Origin: an uncultured Bacilli bacterium
GTDB lineage: Bacteria; Bacillota_I; Bacilli_A; RF39; UBA660
Assembly (NCBI GenBank): GCA_947631475.1
Contig: CANRLI010000003.1
Coordinates: 1 to 42,635 of the forward strand
Length of the DNA: 42,635 nucleotides
Reading direction: 5' to 3'
Shown in pieces: positions 1 through 9,995 of the stretch. The notes beneath the pieces are model-generated. The model saw only the letters and a list, made by a program, of their open reading frames with translations. It had not been told where the DNA came from and ran no database searches. The position numbers and the translations under genes are program-made. How positions within the stretch are numbered: position 1 is the first letter of the stretch; each line of letters opens with the position of its first letter.

Positions 1-53
1 TTATTTATTTTTTTTATGTGTCGTTAGTATTTATGGTATACTTTTTATAGTGG

Positions 54-680
54 GTGTTGTTTATGTATTGTGTTCATTGTGGAAATAATTTAAAAGATAA
101 CGATAAATATTGTGGGAAATGTGGTAAGGCGGTATTAAATAATAGTTCTTTAACAAATAATGTTCAATCCCAACAAAACATTAAAGATATGAAACCTAAA
201 AAGAATATAGGGGCTATTATTATAGCTTTAATATTTCCTATTTTAATAATTATTTTTTTAGTTATTTTTCTTATTAGTATTTTCTTTGTTAATGAAAATT
301 TTAATGATGATTTAGGCAAATATGATGGCTATTATGTGTATTTAGAATCGGATATGATTCCGACAGTAAAGAAGGTTTTGGGAGCTAGAGATGTTTGTTA
401 TTATAATGATGAGTTATCTGATGATCCTGATACAACAATTGTTTTTTATGGCTATTGTATGGGTGAGTTAACTGAGAGCGATTATGATTCGTATATAACT
501 TATTTAATAGATAATGAAAATTTTGTTGTATTGGATGAAAATGATGAGATTATTTTGGGGAAGAAATCAAATATAAATAATATGATGCTATTAGTTGAAA
601 TTGATGAATTTTCTGATCAAATATTTTATTTAAGAAAAATAGGTAATATTGATGATTATTTTTCTGATTTTGCACTGTAA
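54..680 (+). CDS. Zinc-ribbon domain single-pass membrane protein
   Basis: N-terminal CxxC-x10-CxxC (CVHC...CGKC), one long hydrophobic segment, acidic C-terminal domain; true start may be ATG at 63. Confidence 0.75.
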   Translation: MLFMYCVHCGNNLKDNDKYCGKCGKAVLNNSSLTNNVQSQQNIKDMKPKKNIGAIIIALIFPILIIIFLVIFLISIFFVNENFNDDLGKYDGYYVYLESDMIPTVKKVLGARDVCYYNDELSDDPDTTIVFYGYCMGELTESDYDSYITYLIDNENFVVLDENDEIILGKKSNINNMMLLVEIDEFSDQIFYLRKIGNIDDYFSDFAL

Positions 681-767
681 TTTTCTTTTTTTTAAAATAT
701 CTTAGTTGTTTTTCGCAATAAAATTTAATATAATAGTTTTAGAAATAAAGAAAGGAAGTTAAGAAGT

Positions 768-1334
768 ATGACTGAAGAAGCTTTAGAATCAATATTAGCC
801 GCTGGTATTGCCGTTATTCTTATAGTTTTGTTAATTGCTATTGCATATTTGGTATTCTATTTTATTGGTGTTGCAAAATTATATAAAAAAGCTGGAAAAC
901 CAGGATGGGCAGTTATTGTACCATTTTATAATACATATGTCTTAGTTGAAATGGTTGGTTTAAAATGGTACTGGTTTTTATTATCATGTGCTTCACTAAT
1001 TGTAGGTATATTTGTTGATAGTGGAATATTACTTACTGTAGCTAATATTGTATCTTTGGTAGGTAATATTAATATTTATTATAACCTTACTAAGAAAATG
1101 GGCAAAGAACCAGTATGGACTGTTTTATTAGTTCTATTTAGTGGTATTTTATTACCTATTTTAGGTTATGGTAAAGATGAGTGGCATGCTGATGCTCTTG
1201 TTACTGAAAATGGTCTAGTTGATAATATTATGGCTAAAAGTAATGGTGGTCAAACTGCTAGTGCTCCTCAACAAGAACCAAGCAATTCATCAAATCCAAC
1301 TGATGAAAATAATAATACTAATAATAACGTTTAG
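768..1334 (+). CDS. DUF5684-like multi-pass membrane protein
   Basis: KLYKKAGKPGWAVIVPFYN motif, ~4 TM segments, Asn/Ser-rich tail, SD AAAGGAAG. Confidence 0.7.
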   Translation: MTEEALESILAAGIAVILIVLLIAIAYLVFYFIGVAKLYKKAGKPGWAVIVPFYNTYVLVEMVGLKWYWFLLSCASLIVGIFVDSGILLTVANIVSLVGNINIYYNLTKKMGKEPVWTVLLVLFSGILLPILGYGKDEWHADALVTENGLVDNIMAKSNGGQTASAPQQEPSNSSNPTDENNNTNNNV

Positions 1335-1344
1335 TATTATTTAG

Positions 1345-1374
1345 AAAAGGAATAATTTAATTATTCTTTTTTTT
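1345..1374 (+). terminator. Intrinsic terminator
   Basis: AAAAGGAATAAT-tta-ATTATTCTTTTT stem running into a T tract. Confidence 0.65.
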
Positions 1375-1398
1375 ATGGTATTATTTTATTGGGTGATT

Positions 1399-1665
1399 AT
1401 GATGAAATACGAATATCAGACAAAAGGTACTTGCTCGATGCTAATAAAATTTGACATAAATGGTAATGTTATAACAAATATTGAATTTGTGGGAGGATGT
1501 CCTGGTAATTTAAAAGCTATTGCTAAATTACTTGATGGTCAAACAGTGGAATATATTAACGAAAAGTTACGTGGTAATTTATGTGGTAATAAAGCTACTT
1601 CTTGTGCTGATCAATTAGCAATAGCTGTAACAAAGGCATTTGAGGAGATAAATAATAATGGCTAA
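1399..1665 (+). CDS. TIGR03905-family small TSCPD-domain protein
   Basis: Motifs KGTCS, FVGGCPGNL, CGNKATSCADQL; SD GGGTGA before ATG 1399/1402. Confidence 0.85.
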   Translation: MMKYEYQTKGTCSMLIKFDINGNVITNIEFVGGCPGNLKAIAKLLDGQTVEYINEKLRGNLCGNKATSCADQLAIAVTKAFEEINNNG

Positions 1666-1990
1666 AAAGGAAAAGGATAAAACTAGGAATGATTATATAA
1701 AACAGTATAAAAATGAAATACCTGACGATATACGTATTTTATTTGGTAAGTTTTATGTTTTTTCATTTATTTATTTAATCTTTTTTTTAATTATTTATCC
1801 TTTTATTTTAATTAAAAGTTTTAGTTTGATAAACTTAGTGCTTATTATTAGTTTCTTAACTATATTTTATCTTTTTATTGTTATTGATGTAATAAAAAAG
1901 AAAAAACAATTTAGATCTAATTTATTTATTTTGTTAATAATATTAGTTTTTATTGCTATATCTTTTTCGATTGTTAAATTTTGGTTTTAA
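1658..1990 (+). CDS. Small 3-TM membrane protein, unknown function
   Basis: SD GAGGAG, overlaps upstream stop, three hydrophobic segments with basic loops. Confidence 0.7.
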   Translation: MAKKEKDKTRNDYIKQYKNEIPDDIRILFGKFYVFSFIYLIFFLIIYPFILIKSFSLINLVLIISFLTIFYLFIVIDVIKKKKQFRSNLFILLIILVFIAISFSIVKFWF

Positions 1991-2059
1991 CTTGAATTTT
2001 AGTATATTTTTTGTATAATACATGTTATAATTGTTTAGTTATTAATGAGGAGGTGCGTT

Positions 2060-2197
2060 ATGAGAACTTATAAAGCAAATTTACCTGAAGGTGTTAAAAA
2101 AACATTTGGTGCAGTCAGAGGAGTAAAAGTTAAATTAGTAGCGAAAAACTCTAATAAAAATAAAAAGAATAAAAAGAATAAAAAAGAGAGTAAGTAG
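2060..2197 (+). CDS. Unannotated 45-aa Lys-rich microprotein (MRTYKANLPEGVKKTFGAVRGVKVKLVAKNSNKNKKNKKNKKESK)
   Basis: SD GAGGAGGTG at 2047-2055, TGnTATAAT at 2023-2031, terminator directly after stop; below the ORF track size cut-off. Confidence 0.8.
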   Translation: MRTYKANLPEGVKKTFGAVRGVKVKLVAKNSNKNKKNKKNKKESK

Positions 2198-2200
2198 TAT

Positions 2201-2222
2201 AACAGATGAAAGTCTGTTTTTT
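2201..2222 (+). terminator. Intrinsic terminator of microprotein gene
   Basis: AACAGAT-gaaa-GTCTGTT hairpin plus T tract. Confidence 0.75.
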
Positions 2223-2260
2223 ATTTTGTCAATAGATGTTATAATAGAGTTGGTGGTTTT

Positions 2261-2932
2261 ATGAGAAAAGCAATAGTTTTAATTATGTGCTTTTTATGCT
2301 TAACTGGGTGTAGTAAAAAAGATAATAATGTTGAAAATAATTTAGATTCTCATTCTCAAGATACTGAATTTAAATTAAAAAAAATTGATGAAGAAAAAGA
2401 TTTTGTAGTAGTAAATGAAAATCAAAGAATATTAGTAAATAATGAAGAATATGTTCTTAATACTTTGCAAATTAATTTAAATAGTGAAGAAGTAGCAAAT
2501 GTTAATTTGGAAATAAAGACTTTTGTTAATAATAGCATAAAGAAATTTGTTTTAAATGGTAATGAACTACAACAAGGAAATATTATTAATTATGATTATT
2601 ATGTTAGTCAGGATTATATATCTATTATTCAAAGATATCATTTGTATTACGATGGTTTGATTGGTGAAGAGAAGGATAATGTTTATGTTGTTTCTCTACA
2701 TACAGGTAAAGTAGTTAATTCTTTGGAATTACTTAGTAATTATAATCTAGATGAAGATGCTTTTTATAAGTTATTGGAAGAAAAGATTGATAGTGAAGAT
2801 AAATTATTTACTTTGTTAAATATTAAAAATCATGGTTATAGTTTATATGTTAATAATGAAAATAAATTATGTGTTATTTACCGTGAAATTACTGATGATA
2901 GTAACATAAAAAAAGAACTCAGTTTGACATAA
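2261..2932 (+). CDS. Lipoprotein, possibly RsiV/PdaC (DUF4163/DUF3298)-like fold
   Basis: Lipobox LTGC (Cys17); motifs QINLNSEEVANVN, DYISII, YVVSLHTGKVV resemble that family. Confidence 0.6.
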   Translation: MRKAIVLIMCFLCLTGCSKKDNNVENNLDSHSQDTEFKLKKIDEEKDFVVVNENQRILVNNEEYVLNTLQINLNSEEVANVNLEIKTFVNNSIKKFVLNGNELQQGNIINYDYYVSQDYISIIQRYHLYYDGLIGEEKDNVYVVSLHTGKVVNSLELLSNYNLDEDAFYKLLEEKIDSEDKLFTLLNIKNHGYSLYVNNENKLCVIYREITDDSNIKKELSLT

Positions 2933-2943
2933 ACTGAGTTTTT
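2916..2943. terminator. Bidirectional terminator between convergent genes
   Basis: Perfect 10-bp stem AACTCAGTTT-gacat-AAACTGAGTT flanked by A and T tracts. Confidence 0.75.
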
Positions 2944-3490
2944 AAATGAAGCTACTTAAGCCACTCATACATATTTTATTAATAAAAATGGCTACATTCT
3001 GAGGATCATCTTGGCATTCTTCCTTAATCCATTTTTTTATTATGCCAATAGAACCATCAACTATAAAACTATAAATTTTTTCTAAGTCGTTAGCAGAAGC
3101 TTTTCTTAATAATTTTTTCCATTCCTCAATACTTTCATCATATACTAAACGTAATATTCTTCTTAAAAAAGTATGATCGCCATTTTCACTTAGTAATCTG
3201 GTATATATTTCTTTTTTTGATGCAAATGTTTCGATGATTTTACTGGTAAAAGAAATTAAGTAGTTTCTTTTAATTTCTGGAATTATTTGGGCTAAATCAG
3301 AGATTAAAGAATTTTCTATTTTAAGAACTAAATCTTCAATGTCTTTGTAATATTTATAAAAGGTCGTTCGATTTATATTAGCTTTGTGACATAATTCTAA
3401 GACAGTGATATCTTCTAATCGCTTATTTTTTAGAAGTTCTAATAAAGTATTTGTTAATTTCTTTTTACTTTTTAAAATTCTTTTGTCCAT
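2942..3490 (-). CDS. TetR/AcrR-family transcriptional regulator
   Basis: MDKRILKSKK start with SD AAGGTGA; HTH ITVLELCHKANINRTTFYKYYKD. Confidence 0.9.
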   Translation of the reverse strand: MDKRILKSKKKLTNTLLELLKNKRLEDITVLELCHKANINRTTFYKYYKDIEDLVLKIENSLISDLAQIIPEIKRNYLISFTSKIIETFASKKEIYTRLLSENGDHTFLRRILRLVYDESIEEWKKLLRKASANDLEKIYSFIVDGSIGIIKKWIKEECQDDPQNVAIFINKICMSGLSSFI

Positions 3491-3571
3491 ATTATCACCT
3501 TTATTCATTTTCATTATAATATACTTTAAATGATAAATCAACACTATGTTTATTATACAAGAATTTATTAA

Positions 3572-3598
3572 TTAGCACTTGAGTATTGACAGTGCTAA
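3572..3598 (+). promoter_or_regulatory. CIRCE operator (HrcA site)
   Basis: TTAGCACTT-N9-CAGTGCTAA versus consensus TTAGCACTC-N9-GAGTGCTAA; upstream of a chaperone gene. Confidence 0.9.
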
Positions 3599-3614
3599 TT
3601 AATAGTGGTATTAT
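3586..3614 (+). promoter_or_regulatory. Sigma-A promoter of htpG
   Basis: TTGACA (3586-3591), 17-nt spacer, TGn-TATTAT (3609-3614). Confidence 0.8.
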
Positions 3615-3646
3615 TCAATTGATTGAAAGAAAAAGGAAGATGAATA

Positions 3647-5515
3647 ATGAAGAAAAAACAGTTTAAAACAGAATCAAAAAAAATATTGGATTTAATGATT
3701 AACTCTGTATATTCAAATAAGGATATATTTTTAAGAGAGTTGATATCAAACGCTAGTGATGCGATTGATAAATTATATTATAAATCTTTAACTGATCGTA
3801 AAGTTAAACTAGATAAAGATGATTTTTGTATCAAAGTTAATATTGATAAAGAAGCTAGAACTATTTCTATTATTGATAACGGAATAGGAATGAGTGAACA
3901 AGAATTAGACGAAAATTTAGGTACCATAGCCAAAAGTGGGTCTTCTTTATTTAAAGAAATGAATGAGAAGAATAAAGATATCAATATAATTGGCCAATTT
4001 GGAGTTGGATTTTATTCAGCATTTATGGTTGCGAAAGAGATTAGGGTTTTAAGTAAAGCCTATGGCAGTAATGATGCTTATGAATGGATTAGTGATGGAG
4101 CTTTAGGATACGAAGTAAATAAAGCTTCTAAAAAGGATGTTGGTACTGAAATTACGTTACTTTTAAAAGATAATAATGAAAATGATAATTATGATGAATT
4201 CTTAGAACAACGTAGAATTGAGGGGATTATTAAAAAGTATTCTGATTATGTAAAATATCCGATTATTATGCAAAAAGAAGTAAGTAGCGATGATAAGAAG
4301 AAAAAACCGCAAGTAAAAGATGAAACTATTAATAGTATGATTCCTATATGGAAAAGAAATGAAAGTGAAGTAACTAAAGAAGAGTATAATTCATTTTACT
4401 CTGATAAGTTTTATGATTTTGAAGAACCAGCTAAGGTAATTCATAGTAGTGTTGAAGGTCAAATAGCTTATAATTCCTTACTATTTATCCCATCTCATGC
4501 TCCTTATGATTATTATACGAAAGAATATGAAAAAGGCTTACAGTTATATTCTAATGGTGTATTAATTATGGATAAATGTGCTGATTTGTTACCTGATTAT
4601 TTTAGCTTTGTTAAAGGCTTGGTCGATAGTGAAGATATTTCATTGAATATCTCTAGAGAAATGCTTCAGCAAGATAGACAATTAAAATTAATTGCCAAGA
4701 GTATTGAAAAGAAAATTAAAATAACTTTAGAAGATATTCTTAAAGATGATAGAAGCACCTATGAAAAGATTTTTGATGCCTTTGGAATGCAACTAAAATA
4801 TGGTATTTATAGTAGTTATGGAATGAATAATGAGACATTAAAAGATTTGTTATTGTTTTATAGTTCTAAAGAGAAAAAGCGTATTACTTTGAAAGAATAT
4901 ATTAGTAATATGAAAGAGGGTCAGGAAAAAATATATTATGCTAGTGGCGATAGTATAGATAAAATAGACTTACTTCCTAATGTTGAAAGATTTAAAGATA
5001 AGGACTACGAAGTTTTATATTTATGTGATTATGTAGATGAGTTTACTATTCAAGCTTTAATGGAATATGAAGGTAAAAAATTTGCCAATGTAGCTTCAGA
5101 AAGTACAGATATAGATGATCCAAAAGAAAAAGAAGAATTAGAAAAACGTAATAAGGAATTTGAAGATATGTTTAAGGTTATGAAAGAGGCCTTACCTGAA
5201 GTTAAAAATATTAAATTTACTAATAAACTTAAGAATCATCCAGTATGTTTAAGTACGGAAGGAAATATTTCTTTGGAAATGGAAAAGATTATGAATACGA
5301 TGCCTACGGGTGAAAATGTTAAAGCTGATGTGGTTTTAGAAATAAATGGTAGTCATCCAATAGCTGAAAAATTAGAAAAGCTATATAAAAATGATAAAGA
5401 ACAATTAGCTATTTATACCAAGATTTTGTATAATCAAGCTCGCTTAATTGAGGGAATGACTATTGAAAATCCAACTGAATTAACCAATGCTATATGTGAT
5501 TTACTAAGTAAATAA
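3647..5515 (+). CDS. htpG: Molecular chaperone HtpG (Hsp90)
   Basis: YSNKDIFLRELISNASDA, DNGIGM, LGTIAKSG, IIGQFGVGFYSAF, LNISREMLQ. Confidence 0.98.
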   Translation: MKKKQFKTESKKILDLMINSVYSNKDIFLRELISNASDAIDKLYYKSLTDRKVKLDKDDFCIKVNIDKEARTISIIDNGIGMSEQELDENLGTIAKSGSSLFKEMNEKNKDINIIGQFGVGFYSAFMVAKEIRVLSKAYGSNDAYEWISDGALGYEVNKASKKDVGTEITLLLKDNNENDNYDEFLEQRRIEGIIKKYSDYVKYPIIMQKEVSSDDKKKKPQVKDETINSMIPIWKRNESEVTKEEYNSFYSDKFYDFEEPAKVIHSSVEGQIAYNSLLFIPSHAPYDYYTKEYEKGLQLYSNGVLIMDKCADLLPDYFSFVKGLVDSEDISLNISREMLQQDRQLKLIAKSIEKKIKITLEDILKDDRSTYEKIFDAFGMQLKYGIYSSYGMNNETLKDLLLFYSSKEKKRITLKEYISNMKEGQEKIYYASGDSIDKIDLLPNVERFKDKDYEVLYLCDYVDEFTIQALMEYEGKKFANVASESTDIDDPKEKEELEKRNKEFEDMFKVMKEALPEVKNIKFTNKLKNHPVCLSTEGNISLEMEKIMNTMPTGENVKADVVLEINGSHPIAEKLEKLYKNDKEQLAIYTKILYNQARLIEGMTIENPTELTNAICDLLSK

Positions 5516-5627
5516 AATAGATAGAATAAATGTAACTGTCAATAAATAATAAATTATAAACAGATATTTATTCTTCTTTTTTTGGCTTTATGTTATTATA
5601 TACTTAGAATAATAAGGAGAAGGCAGA

Positions 5628-6218
5628 ATGAAAGATAAAAATTCTGGTAAATTATATGGTAGAGCCCGTCGTATTGAATTTGGTAAAAAAATTCTTTATG
5701 CAGTTATTGCAATAGTAGCTATTGCGATAACAATTAACTTTGTGGTTAATTATAAGGGCTTTGTAGATAATAATGTAAATTTCGCGTATTTAAAGCAATA
5801 TATGGAAGCTAAAGGATATTATTGTAATCAATTGCAAAATTCTGGAGGACAATGTATTTTACATGGAGAAATAAGTACATCAACTTTCACAAGATACGAA
5901 GATGGCTTTGATTTTACTGTTAAATCAAATGCTTATAATTTAAATATTAAGCATATTTCTACGAAGGAAGATTATATTACTTTTAAAACAAATGTTAATG
6001 CCTTAACAGGTTATAAAAGTAAAAATTATACATGCAATGTTAAAAATAATATTATTGGCGAATTAGAAGAGTGTATAGATGAAAATCAGGAGACTCTGGA
6101 TTCAGATACTTATTTAAGTATTATAAAATTAGCCATTCAAGATCTTAATAATTTTATAGATAGCTCAGGATATGATAAAAAGAGCTTAATGAATGATTAT
6201 AAGTGGATAAAAAAATAA
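5628..6218 (+). CDS. Single-pass membrane-anchored protein, unknown function
   Basis: Basic N-terminus, one TM, external domain with 4 Cys; SD AAGGAG. Confidence 0.7.
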   Translation: MKDKNSGKLYGRARRIEFGKKILYAVIAIVAIAITINFVVNYKGFVDNNVNFAYLKQYMEAKGYYCNQLQNSGGQCILHGEISTSTFTRYEDGFDFTVKSNAYNLNIKHISTKEDYITFKTNVNALTGYKSKNYTCNVKNNIIGELEECIDENQETLDSDTYLSIIKLAIQDLNNFIDSSGYDKKSLMNDYKWIKK

Positions 6219-6240
6219 TCCAAATTGAACTTTGAATAGT

Positions 6241-6912
6241 TTAATTCAGATTATTTTTTTTGTGCTTTTTTTTCTTTTCCTTAGAAGGATTAACATCTTT
6301 TATGTTATTATTTTTTTCTTTGATGTCTTCATCATTAGTGTCATTAACAATTAATGTTGTAGTGCCAGGATCAATTGGTTCAGTAGTTCCTTTAGTATAA
6401 AAAATGTAACCTACAATTTCTAAACCAGCATATATCATCATGATAATACCAATTGTAGCTGGAATAACATCACCATATATAATAGTGTAAATTCCAACCG
6501 CAATAAGCAATATAGCGACTGCTAAAAGAGGAATAAATTTTTGATTCTTAGTATTTAAAGATAAAACATTTATCAATCTTATAATACCACTAAATAATAT
6601 CCAAGCCCCAATAATAAATCTTATAAATTGTTCTACAATATTGGAAAAGAAGATAAAAATTATTGCAAATACTAAAGACACAATCCCAATAATTAAATTA
6701 CTTTTTTTGGCCGTGTTTTCAGTATCTTTACTATTTAAATAAAAAATAACTAAATTAATGATTGAACTAACAGCTAAAACAATTCCTATAATGACAGATA
6801 AAAATGATATTACAGTATCAGCATTAGTAAAAAGGATTGCGCCAATTATAAAGTATATTATGGAACTTATCAAAGATGATTGTGATGAATAAGACTTAAC
6901 ATTTATTTTCAT
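6241..6912 (-). CDS. HdeD/DUF308-like membrane protein
   Basis: Six TM segments in repeating hairpins (IIGAWILFSGIIRL), charged C-tail, SD GAGG. Confidence 0.75.
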   Translation of the reverse strand: MKINVKSYSSQSSLISSIIYFIIGAILFTNADTVISFLSVIIGIVLAVSSIINLVIFYLNSKDTENTAKKSNLIIGIVSLVFAIIFIFFSNIVEQFIRFIIGAWILFSGIIRLINVLSLNTKNQKFIPLLAVAILLIAVGIYTIIYGDVIPATIGIIMMIYAGLEIVGYIFYTKGTTEPIDPGTTTLIVNDTNDEDIKEKNNNIKDVNPSKEKKKKHKKNNLN

Positions 6913-7029
6913 TTAATAACCTCTTTTCGATATTTTTATTATACAACATTGTCAATGATTTTATCAATAAGTTATGTTTTTATGCTTTTATATGTGTTAT
7001 AATAAAGAAAATAATAGGGAGGGTGTTAT

Positions 7030-9990
7030 ATGCTAGATTTTGATACGACGTTAGAATTAATGAAAAAATATGGGTTTAGTTCAACTTCAGTACACCCTTA
7101 TATTTATCAAAATGGGGATTCAATAGGAATATGTTATTCTTATTTAGATGATAATTATGGTTCTTTAGAGAGAATTAAGATATTTGATACAAAGGAATCT
7201 TTGGAAGAATTTTTAATTCAATTAAATTGGTTAAAAATTAATGGTAAAACTTATCATGTACGAATGATTTTAGATAATTATGAATCTATGAATCCTAAAG
7301 TATTATTTTTACGTAATGAAAAAATCATGATGACAGGGGAAATGTTTGATATTGATACAGTTGATATGCGTGAGTCACAAAGAAAGCAGATGGACGAAGT
7401 ATCGCAAATCTTATATGAAGCGGGGGATTTGTTTTTAGTTTATGATGAAGTAAAAGAAAGACAACTGCAATATCTAAAAAAAATTGTGGAACTAAAAAAT
7501 ACTCTTCGTCAAAAATATTTTGATTTGCAAAAAGAAATTGATATTTATAATAAAGTTAAAGTGGAGAGAAATTTGACCCTTTTGCCGGAAGTTATTGATG
7601 TTGGTAATATTAATGAAGCAATGGAGATAACTTTGAAAGACCGATATAATATGTATATTGCCAATAGACCTGATTTGGCTGAGATTAAGGACTTTATAAA
7701 GGAAGTATGGGATTTAAATTTAAACTTAGAACTTAATGTTAAGTATTATGAGGCTCAAAAAGAAGAAAATGATTTACGTAATGAATTAAAAACGGTTGAA
7801 CAAAAATTAGCTTTGATGAAAAATTTAAACGATGATTATAAGCCATTATTTGGGATAGATTTAGTTAGTCGTTTTAGAAAAATAAATACGGATTGTAAAA
7901 ATGAAAGTAATTATATTTCTGAGAATTATGTAGCTGAAAAATTAGATAGTATGAATAGAAAATATGCTGTTTATGATAGATTGGATTTACTTTATACGTC
8001 TGATTATTTAAGAGAAGCGATTCAAAATACTAATTATGCAGATTTAGCTATTAAATATGCTAAAGGTGCTAAAGACGAGTCTATTAATAGAACGAAGTTG
8101 CCTTTAAATGAAGTAGCTATGAATTTATCTTTAAAATATCGTGATAGCTTATTACCTGATGAACAAGCTATATTAGTTTTATATAATAATCATAAATATA
8201 GAAGACTTTGTAATGAGATTTTAGAATTAGATAATTTTGACCAAATGCCGATAAATGATGTAATTAAAAAGATTAGTTATATTAAAGGTTTTTCGAAACT
8301 TAAAACAGAATGTTATGATAGTGTGAAAAAAAGGATAGATGATCCAGTTAATCAATCAATTAAAAACTCTTTATTTAATAGCTTTGATTTTACTAGTTTT
8401 GAAACGTTTTTAAGTTCATTAATTAAACAATTAGTTAAGTTACGCAATTTAAGAAAAATGAATCTTAATAGTGATATTAATATGTATTCTATGATAAAAG
8501 ATACCAATGAAATAAATGGTAAAAAGTTTATCGTAGTTACTAATGATTTAAATTCTTTATTAGCTGAAGCTAAAGAAAATCATTCAACGATTGGAATAGC
8601 GTTATTAAAAGAAGGTTTGCCAGTTATGTATTCTCCATATTATTTTGATTTAGGTGATATATATAGTAAAGGGGCATCTTTACAAATGGCTATTAAAGAA
8701 ATGGTAAATTTTGAATTGCTAATAGAAATGACAGGTAATTTAATTAATATTGATAATAGTAAGATTGATGTAGCAAGATATTATACTGTTCCAAAGATTA
8801 CAGAAAATATTTCTTATGTAGATGATATAAAGTTAGGATATAAAACAACTTTTTGTAAATATGCTATTATGAATAATAGTTTAAATTCATTACAAAATAC
8901 GGTAGTTAAACCAGTGACAAATGATACAACTCCTACAGTTGGTTTAAATAATACAATTCCTAATCCTAATCCTGTAGCCGTTGCAAATAAACCGTCTATA
9001 CCAGTACAAGTTAATCAAGTAAAGCCTGAAGTAAAAAATATTTCTAGTCCTGCAACTGCAACAAATAATGTAGTTAAGAATGCTGTAGCTAGTGGCGTTA
9101 GTAAAAATGTGCAGCCTCAAGCAAAGGTAAATAATGAACCTAAAGTAGCTGTGGCATCATCAGCTTTACCACCTAAATCTGTTTCATCTTCAGTAAAACC
9201 TGCAATATCTGATGGATCAAAAGCATCTTTGCCAACTAATAAAACATCGGTATCTACTATGCAACCAAAAGTGATAAAAAAAGATAATGTTCCATCTGCA
9301 GTGGTTAGTAATTTGAATAGTCCACAGGATAGTAAGACTAATGTAAAAGTGAATACTCCTCAATCAACTGTGACCAAAAGTAGTGTTCAACCTGTTAAAA
9401 CACCAGTAGTAGCAAAACCACAAAATACTGTAATAAAAGGTAACAGTGAAGTTTCGGCAAATACTAAGCCTACTACTAATGTAGACAAAGATAAAAAGGT
9501 AGAAACTAAAGTACCAAATGTTTTACCAAGTAAAGAAAATGTCGTAACGACTAAACCTGTTGAACCAGGTATTGCTCAAAAACCAGCTGCTTTAAAAAGT
9601 ACTGTAGTAGTTAGTAAAAATGCTGATTTAAAACCACCATTAAAAACAGCACCTACGATAGTAAAGGTGCCTACGATTAAAAAGCCAGTATCTAACCAAG
9701 TTAATCCAAGTAATAATACTTCATCGACTAATCAGGTGCCATCAGCAAAGATATCTACTAGTGAGCCAATAAAAGGTAAAAGTCCAGTTACGGTTACACC
9801 TAGTAATCCAACTGTTAATAAAATAACGCCACCAGCTAGTGAACAAAAGGTTATAAAAGTATCTTCAGTTAAACAGCCTGTTAAAACAGCTATAAATCAA
9901 GCAAAGGTAATAAGTAAAGAAAATAGTCCTAAAAATAATGATATAAATTCACAGAAACAATTATCTAGTGTAGTTAATAAGAAAGAGTGA
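7030..9990 (+). CDS. Large hypothetical protein: ~620-aa helical region plus ~365-aa P/S/T/V/K/N-rich low-complexity tail
   Basis: 986-codon ORF, SD GGGAGG, extended -10 upstream; no signal peptide or TM visible. Confidence 0.8.
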   Translation: MLDFDTTLELMKKYGFSSTSVHPYIYQNGDSIGICYSYLDDNYGSLERIKIFDTKESLEEFLIQLNWLKINGKTYHVRMILDNYESMNPKVLFLRNEKIMMTGEMFDIDTVDMRESQRKQMDEVSQILYEAGDLFLVYDEVKERQLQYLKKIVELKNTLRQKYFDLQKEIDIYNKVKVERNLTLLPEVIDVGNINEAMEITLKDRYNMYIANRPDLAEIKDFIKEVWDLNLNLELNVKYYEAQKEENDLRNELKTVEQKLALMKNLNDDYKPLFGIDLVSRFRKINTDCKNESNYISENYVAEKLDSMNRKYAVYDRLDLLYTSDYLREAIQNTNYADLAIKYAKGAKDESINRTKLPLNEVAMNLSLKYRDSLLPDEQAILVLYNNHKYRRLCNEILELDNFDQMPINDVIKKISYIKGFSKLKTECYDSVKKRIDDPVNQSIKNSLFNSFDFTSFETFLSSLIKQLVKLRNLRKMNLNSDINMYSMIKDTNEINGKKFIVVTNDLNSLLAEAKENHSTIGIALLKEGLPVMYSPYYFDLGDIYSKGASLQMAIKEMVNFELLIEMTGNLINIDNSKIDVARYYTVPKITENISYVDDIKLGYKTTFCKYAIMNNSLNSLQNTVVKPVTNDTTPTVGLNNTIPNPNPVAVANKPSIPVQVNQVKPEVKNISSPATATNNVVKNAVASGVSKNVQPQAKVNNEPKVAVASSALPPKSVSSSVKPAISDGSKASLPTNKTSVSTMQPKVIKKDNVPSAVVSNLNSPQDSKTNVKVNTPQSTVTKSSVQPVKTPVVAKPQNTVIKGNSEVSANTKPTTNVDKDKKVETKVPNVLPSKENVVTTKPVEPGIAQKPAALKSTVVVSKNADLKPPLKTAPTIVKVPTIKKPVSNQVNPSNNTSSTNQVPSAKISTSEPIKGKSPVTVTPSNPTVNKITPPASEQKVIKVSSVKQPVKTAINQAKVISKENSPKNNDINSQKQLSSVVNKKE

Positions 9991-9995
9991 TAAGA

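Noticed and set aside
3540-3549. AACACTATGT shared between the tetR and uvrB (38596) promoter regions
   Set aside because: A single 10-mer match is expected by chance in 42 kb of AT-rich DNA, and the tetR copy lacks the full palindrome
3778-3984. Short antisense or alternate-frame ORFs (also 11897-12127, 12597-12872, 28387-28605, 29449-29637, 31230-31418, 35859-36077, 41379-41579, 41834-42058)
   Set aside because: They lie within well-supported genes, show no recognisable motifs and have shadow-frame composition
9988-9990. TGA-to-Trp recoding (Mollicutes code 4)
   Set aside because: Conserved genes use TGG for Trp with no internal TGA; TGA appears only at gene ends or in the decayed ORF
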